From the human T2T-CHM13v2.0 reference genome, Homo sapiens, in assembly GCF_009914755.1 (NCBI RefSeq), contig NC_060926.1: 64,000 nucleotides of DNA; one strand, 5' to 3'. Shown here in pieces: positions 57,638 to 64,000 of the stretch. A program made the translations under genes and the position numbers. Each line of letters starts with the position of its first letter. The first letter of the stretch is position 1. The notes under the pieces were generated by a model. It was not told the DNA's origin. It searched no databases and worked only from the letters and a program-made list of their open reading frames with translations.

Positions 57638-59559
57638 TTTATTTTTCTAATGATAGTATTGAACCAAAATAGGGGAAATTATTCTGTGAGTAATTGAGGC
57701 TAGTGTAAAATTTTCCTCTCTCTACTAAGAAATGAATGTAAAAGGCTTACTCATATTTTATCATTTTAAGGTTTAAAGTAATAAACATGAATGTGTCAGA
57801 ATAAATGTTTGATACTTCAAATCTGTGGAGAGAGTAATTTGTTCTATTTGAAGGTATGGAAGTAGTATAAATAGCTTGAATGATCCTACAAGATTAATGT
57901 GGTTTAAGATATAGATACAGACAAACTCTGATCAAAAAATTGACTATTGAAACAGGTTTTAAGAGTAATTCATCACATATTCATCGTGTATACTTAATGT
58001 GTAGTATATTCAGCATCTATGCATTTATAAATATAGAGAAACATCTTTGTTGCCTTCATCCCAAGACTGACTGTGTACGTTCTGTGCTTGTCACTATAGT
58101 CTTTTTGTCATATTACACAATAGACATTTTAGAGATAATTTTTGCACAGGCTTACCTGGGGTCTTCTGTCAGTCTTTTGAGTCTCCTCTATCTGTGCTAT
58201 CAAGAGTGCCAGAATAAAATGCTTGCTGGAATGGATCAGTGTCATAGATGTTATCTGAAAGCATGGAAGTAAAAATGTTCATCTTTGATAAAGAAAATAG
58301 AAGTTAATATTATTAAAATCAAACTTTGCAAATAAATTTTCAAGCCTACCAGACCTAAATTGAATTCACTTTCATTCTTTGCTACCTTTGTTTCACAGGT
58401 CTTCATTGTTTTGTTTTGCCCTTCTATTCCATAGACAAGGTAGGAAAAGGCTGCCATTACTGAATATATTCAATACTACCCTGAGAGAAGAAATGAGGTT
58501 CTCATGGGAAAAAAGTCAAATATATGATTGTTGCTTAATTTAAGCTTGGTGGTCATTTTCATAGCCAGTATAAACTGACAGAGCCTCAGTATTTCAAACA
58601 GACTGTACCTTTTTTTTTTTTTCCAAGACCTCTAATGATATCGGAAGCTAACTCTGCCATGGAAAAGGTATGCTTACGAATATTTTTTCTTGAGTTTTAG
58701 GCAAAATTTAAATATCTTTTATCCTAAAGATACTATTATATTTTCACCCAGAAATTAGCAAATTTCACATGCAAAATACCAAATAGTCACTGGAGAAAAA
58801 GTGAATATGAGAGAAGATAGCATCTAGAATAATCCCTAGTTTAAAGAAAAGGTAAATGTAATGTCACATATTTAAAATGTCTATTTACATGTCTCATCAA
58901 CATTACAAAATGAAGATGCAACTCAAAAACCTGCATTCCTAATGCTTTTTACATAGTCACCGTAACTGATAACCCCTCTCTCCTGAGTTTAGAAATAAGG
59001 AAACAATACGAGTGTTTTCCCAACTCCCCATCCTAAAAGTATCATTTGATGTGATAGACTTCACTTTTAAAATACAAATACCCTGAAGACGTTATGCCGT
59101 TACTTCTCAGCAATTTCTGTGGCCACATTAATTGATAATTTGTTTGTTTTGCTTTGAGCTTCAAAAAGTAGCATCAATCAAAGGGCAAGACTAATGCTTA
59201 AAGGAGTGTAGGGCAAGACGGGAAAACCAGGACTTAAAGGAAGACTGTTATGGGACACAATAGTCAGCTGTGGATACTTTGCATATGGCATGAGGATATT
59301 AGCCACCTAGAGATTAAGACAAGAATGATGTCAGAAAGTGAAAGAGAAGAAAGAAACAGGGCATGCCCCAAGAACTTATTTTGTTACTTTTGTAAATACA
59401 ACTGAACCAGTTAGAGCCACTATCCAGATTTATTATATATCCATAGCAGTAAAAATAAAAACAAAAAATAATAAATATTGAATCAACACATCATATTTAT
59501 GTATGTACTTATTTATCAATATCTGTGTATAATCCTTCCTATAGTGAATAATTTGGAAT

Positions 59560-59790
59560 TCAGTGGCTTTGGGGATGGACTAAGGAGTCAGAGAACAGTT
59601 AAAATTCCTAGCTCTAATTATTTGTAGCCATGTGTTCTTGTATGAGATATACAATCTTTTTAAACCTAAGTTTTAAAAAATTTATCTTGTAAAATGAGGA
59701 TAATAATGGTGCGTAAATTATAGAATAGCTGAAAGATGAAATGGCATATCCCATGCAAACTGCTTAGCACATGACTTGCTCAGTATAAAT
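59560..59790 (+). mobile_element. MIR SINE
   Basis: ggagtcaga...aattcctagctct...tgtaaaatgaggataataat...tgcttagcaca. Confidence 0.6.
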
Positions 59791-61399
59791 ATTCAGTGAA
59801 GGCTGCCTATTTTGTTATAGATCAGCAAGAGTTCTGCTTGCCTCTGGAACACACTGGTAATGACAGAAAACATGCTTAAAAGTATAGTTATTAAGACAGA
59901 GTTGGTCTTCGCCTTTCCCATACATGCTGTTACCACCACCACACAAACCACTAAGATTTTAAAAGGAGAAAGCAAAAAAAGCAAGTGCCATCAGATTTTC
60001 TGTTCTATTTTTCTAACTCATAATTACCAGAGATGAAGCCCACGTAATTTATTTAATTGTTTCACTGTTTGACACTATGTTTAGTTCCTTTTCTGTTAGT
60101 TTATTGCTTGCTGCTGGTCCCCGTGGAACCCTTAGGACACACTTCAAAATGAAATATTTTTTATCCCAATTAAAATATTTTAATGAATTAAGATCCTGAA
60201 AGTGCTTGATGATGACTAGCAGCACTATCTTATACAATGGAAAACAGTTCTTAGAGGGCACCAAACTGTGACAAAGAACCAGCAAAAATGACACCTAGCT
60301 CATATATTTTAGAGGAGACGATCGTAACGTCAGGAAATATAACATAATAAATTAATGTCTATGCCAGAGAATATTATCTTGCTTATTCACTGCCTTTATG
60401 TATGGATACAGGTAGGCTTTTAAAATTAGTGTTTTTTATTTTGTTTTAAGAGAGGATGGTGCATTTGCAGCATCTCTCACCAGTCTCTTTTTCATTAATA
60501 CTAAATATTATGCTTGCTAAATTTGTATTGTGAACACAAACTTGTATCCCATCTACTCTAATGTAGAACTCCATTAAAAAGTAAAGGTTTTATAGAGGGT
60601 TTATATCGCTCTCTTACTACTACCCCAAATTAAATATAAAATATTTTAATAACTATCATAGGCTTTAGTCCAAACAAGACCAAGATCTAGAGATCACCTC
60701 TCACAGTCTAGAAAATACAATCAGGAGAGAGTCTGGCCCATAAAACTATTACTCCTTTACCACTGAAGTTCTCCTGGGGAGGGACTTTTTACATTAAGGA
60801 TACATCTAGCTAATCTCTTTCCAAACCTTTATTCACTTATTCAATTAGAAAATGTATGGGAAAACCTGGGCATCTAGGCTCAGCCCCAGACTGCCGTCCT
60901 CTGTAATTTATTTTCCTCTAGCAGCAGCCATCCCCACCTGGTTGCCTAGTACTGAAGTTCAGTGTGGGGAAGTCCACTGATCTCTTACCTAAACCTGCAC
61001 TCTCTAACATCTGTTTAATCCATGTGAAATTTGATATTTTCACCTCTATTTTATTTCCTAAATTCTTCAGAACTTAGGCAAGAAGTGTGCTCTTTAGCAG
61101 CTCCATTGGAGACCTCAAAAAAGCTAGTGAGGTGTAGTGAGAGAGGTGAGGCACTGGGGCACAGAGGGACTGGTGAGTGAAGCTTATGATGGAGCACAGG
61201 AAATGAGACCAAAGAACAAAAGAGAAGCAAAGTTGATGGAATTATAATGCACAGTTGGAGCCTGGTCAAAAGAAAGTTAGGACACTTATCACTGCATCAT
61301 GAAATTAGTGTATTAAGTTGGAGTGGATCATCAAAAAGATTGACAACACAATGAGCAAAATGGCCATTTTAATGATAACCATCAACACACCCACTAACA

Positions 61400-61830
61400 C
61401 TAGCACTTATTGAACAATTAGTGTATGTGGTGCACTAGGTTAAGAACTTTAATGCATTAATACATTTAATCCTTAAACCACCCTGATAGTTAGGTACTTA
61501 GCTCTTAGCCATTACTGATCAAGGATTTCTTAAATTAGCCCCAGGTTGGAGCAGAGCTAGCTGAGAATCTAGAATAATGTTAAACATACAGGTAGGAGGT
61601 AAGTGGCCATAATTTTAAAGGTTACAGGGGTGACTCATTATAGTTAATAGTTCTTTGAGGACTACAAAGGTAGAAGCCTTTGTGAATCATAGAACCACAC
61701 ATCCTAAATTCTGAAGAGACCTACTGTGATCTTCTGACTTACTCTTTGATCTTTAGACATTATCTCCACTTTGCAGAGGAAAAAATCTGAGGCACAGAGA
61801 GGTTAAGTGACTTGTTGAAGATCATACAGT
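61400..61830 (-). mobile_element. MIR fragments (about 61400-61500 and 61760-61830)
   Basis: cacttattgaac...catttaatcctt; attatctccactttgcagagg...tgaggcacagagaggttaagtgacttg. Confidence 0.65.
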
Positions 61831-62741
61831 TACACTGATAGAAAACTATAAAATCATACCTTATTAAGTCTTGGAAACCTATTGGTAACCTTTTGAGTAA
61901 CAACTGTTTGAAGAGCCAAATTAATCTTTTCTAGGACATGCACTATTCATGGGTTTTTCCTTCCCCCCACTAGAGTTTAGACACTTGGAGCTTGCTGCTT
62001 AAAATAACTACCTCCCACCCCCACCTTCTTCAGCATGGTGACTGCTGGATCCATTTGCAGTCTGTATTTCCCTGGGAGGTGCTAACTCCTGCAGCTTTCT
62101 TCTCTGTGAACTGAAGTCTCCATCTATACAATTTCATTGCTCATAAAGATGAGCAAAAAGGAGAGCACAAACAAATCCAATTTACCCATTTTTTGGTATC
62201 TAGAATACATGTGGAGACAAAATTGGTAGTTTGCCTCAGCTCTACTTGCTAGGATAATTTGGGGTGATATTGCAACTAAACGTTATGTTTAAACTATGCC
62301 AGTCACACTGTGCATTTTAAAGGCCACATTACAAGTCTCATTACCTTTCTAACATATCTGAGAGTATAAGTAAATTTCGAAGAAAAATGGCTTCCATGAA
62401 TATAAAATTATGTCACCCTTAATTACACATTGTTATTCAAGGTACAGAGAAGACCCGTTTATTTCACCTTACTTCTACTTTGAGATGATTTTCACCGAGG
62501 ATGAAGTTTTTCAAATGCATTTATTTCAAAAGTTGTTTGTCTTGCTCTTTGTGCTTATGTATAAACATACTAATATACATTTTCAATCCCTAAAATGTAT
62601 ATTGTTGATCTGTGTTTCTAATTTTCTCTTCTTTAAAGTTAAATATATTATCAAGTCCTGGACATCTTTAGTCACAAAATAATATAGACTTTTCTCGTGT
62701 GTGTGTGTGTGGTTTTTAAAAAATTTTCTCAGCAATATTAT

Positions 62742-64000
62742 TTGCCTCAATTTGGATGGCTGCTGACTGATCAGGGAGGTGATTGTTGAAGTTTGGGGTG
62801 TCTGTGACAATTTCTGAAAATAGGACAGCAATGAAGTTTGCCCTATCTACTGACTCTGCCTTTCATTACAGATTTCACTATAACATGCAGTGCTGTTTGA
62901 TAGCATTTTATCCACAAGAAAACTTCTTTTAAAATTGGAGTCCCTTTTCTGAACCCATGCTGCTGTTTTATCAACTAAGTTTAAGTAATATTTTAAATTA
63001 TTTGTTGTCCTTTCAACAATGTTCACAGAATCTTCACTAAGAATAGATTTTGTCTCAAGGAACCACTTTCTTTGTTTATCCATAAGAAGCAACTACTTAT
63101 CTGTTCAAGTTTTATCATGAGATTGCAACAATTCAGTCACATCTTCAGCCTCTACTTCTAATTAAAATTCTCCTGCTATTTTCACCACATCTACAGTTAC
63201 TTCCTCCTTTGAGGTTTTGAACCCCTCAAAGTCATGCAAGAGGGTTGCAATGAACTTCTTCCAAACTCCTGGTAATGTTGCTATTTTGACCTTCTTCCAT
63301 GAATCATGAATGCTCTTAATGACATCAAGAATGGTGGATTCTTTCCAGAAAGATTTCAAGTGACTTCACCTAGATCCATTAGAGAAATCACTATCTCTGG
63401 CAGCTATAGCCTTACGAAATGTCTTTCTTAAATAATAAGACTTGAAAGTCAAAATTATTCCTTTATCCATGGGCTAAAGAATGGATATAGTGTTAGCTGG
63501 CATGGAACAACATTTAATTTGTACATCTCCATCAGAGCTCTGGGGTGACCAGGTGCAATTTCAGTATGCAGTAATATTTTGAAAGGAAATTTTTTTGCTG
63601 AGCAGTATATCTCAAGAGTGGATTAAAATTATTCAGTAAACCATAATATAAACATATATGCTGTCAACCACACTTCATTGTTGCATTTATAGGGCGCAGA
63701 AAGAGTGGGTTTAGCATAATTATTAAGGGCCCTAAGATTTTTGGATTAGTAAATGCAAATGGGTTTATTTAAAATCACTTAAATAACTCAATAAACTTAA
63801 AGTCACCAGCTACTTTAGCCCCTAACCAGTGAGTCAGCTCGTTCTTTGAAGCTTGGAAACCATGCACCTCTCCTCTCTAGCTATGAATCCCGGATGGCAT
63901 CTTCTTTCCATACAGGGCTGTTTCATCTACACTGAAAATTTGTTTAATGTAGCCTTCTTCATCAATGATCTTAGCTAGATCTTCTGGATAACTTGCTTTA
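62742..64000 (-). mobile_element. Tigger1 DNA transposon (decayed transposase), continuing beyond the window
   Basis: Transposase fragments [36 protein letters not shown] (63162-63359) and LLMDKQRKWFLE...KMLSNSTACY (62847-63092); Tigger1 motif gatggctgctgactgatcaggg. Confidence 0.9.

Overview
AT-rich primate (most likely human/great-ape) genomic DNA, intergenic or deep-intronic, dominated by transposable elements. I found no intact protein-coding gene, rRNA/tRNA gene or CRISPR array. Main elements: (1) a minus-strand HERV-H provirus (5' LTR7, tRNA-His PBS, decayed gag-pro-pol) that stops inside integrase and has no env or 3' LTR; (2) a full-length but inactivated L1PA3-type LINE-1 (about 6.15 kb) that keeps the 129-bp ZNF93-binding 5'UTR block and an open ORF0, apparently inserted into the A-tail of a truncated Alu; (3) a 5'-truncated processed pseudogene of a C2H2 zinc-finger mRNA, most like ZNF669, with a perfect 19-bp target-site duplication (TSD), an Alu-derived C-terminus and a later solo LTR7 insertion; (4) solo LTRs (MLT2A1, MST, MER34-like, MER21-like, MER4D with a nested piggyBac MITE MER85, MER4A, MER11C), a full-length MST MaLR provirus, Tigger/hAT fossils, and older L1M, L2, MIR and Alu copies. 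A few non-repeat islands contain candidate exons or enhancer-like motif clusters, all unproven. Repeat subfamily names come from my recall of consensus sequences, not from a search. I see no convincing new biological system; the interest lies in nested retroelement history and possible TE-derived regulation.
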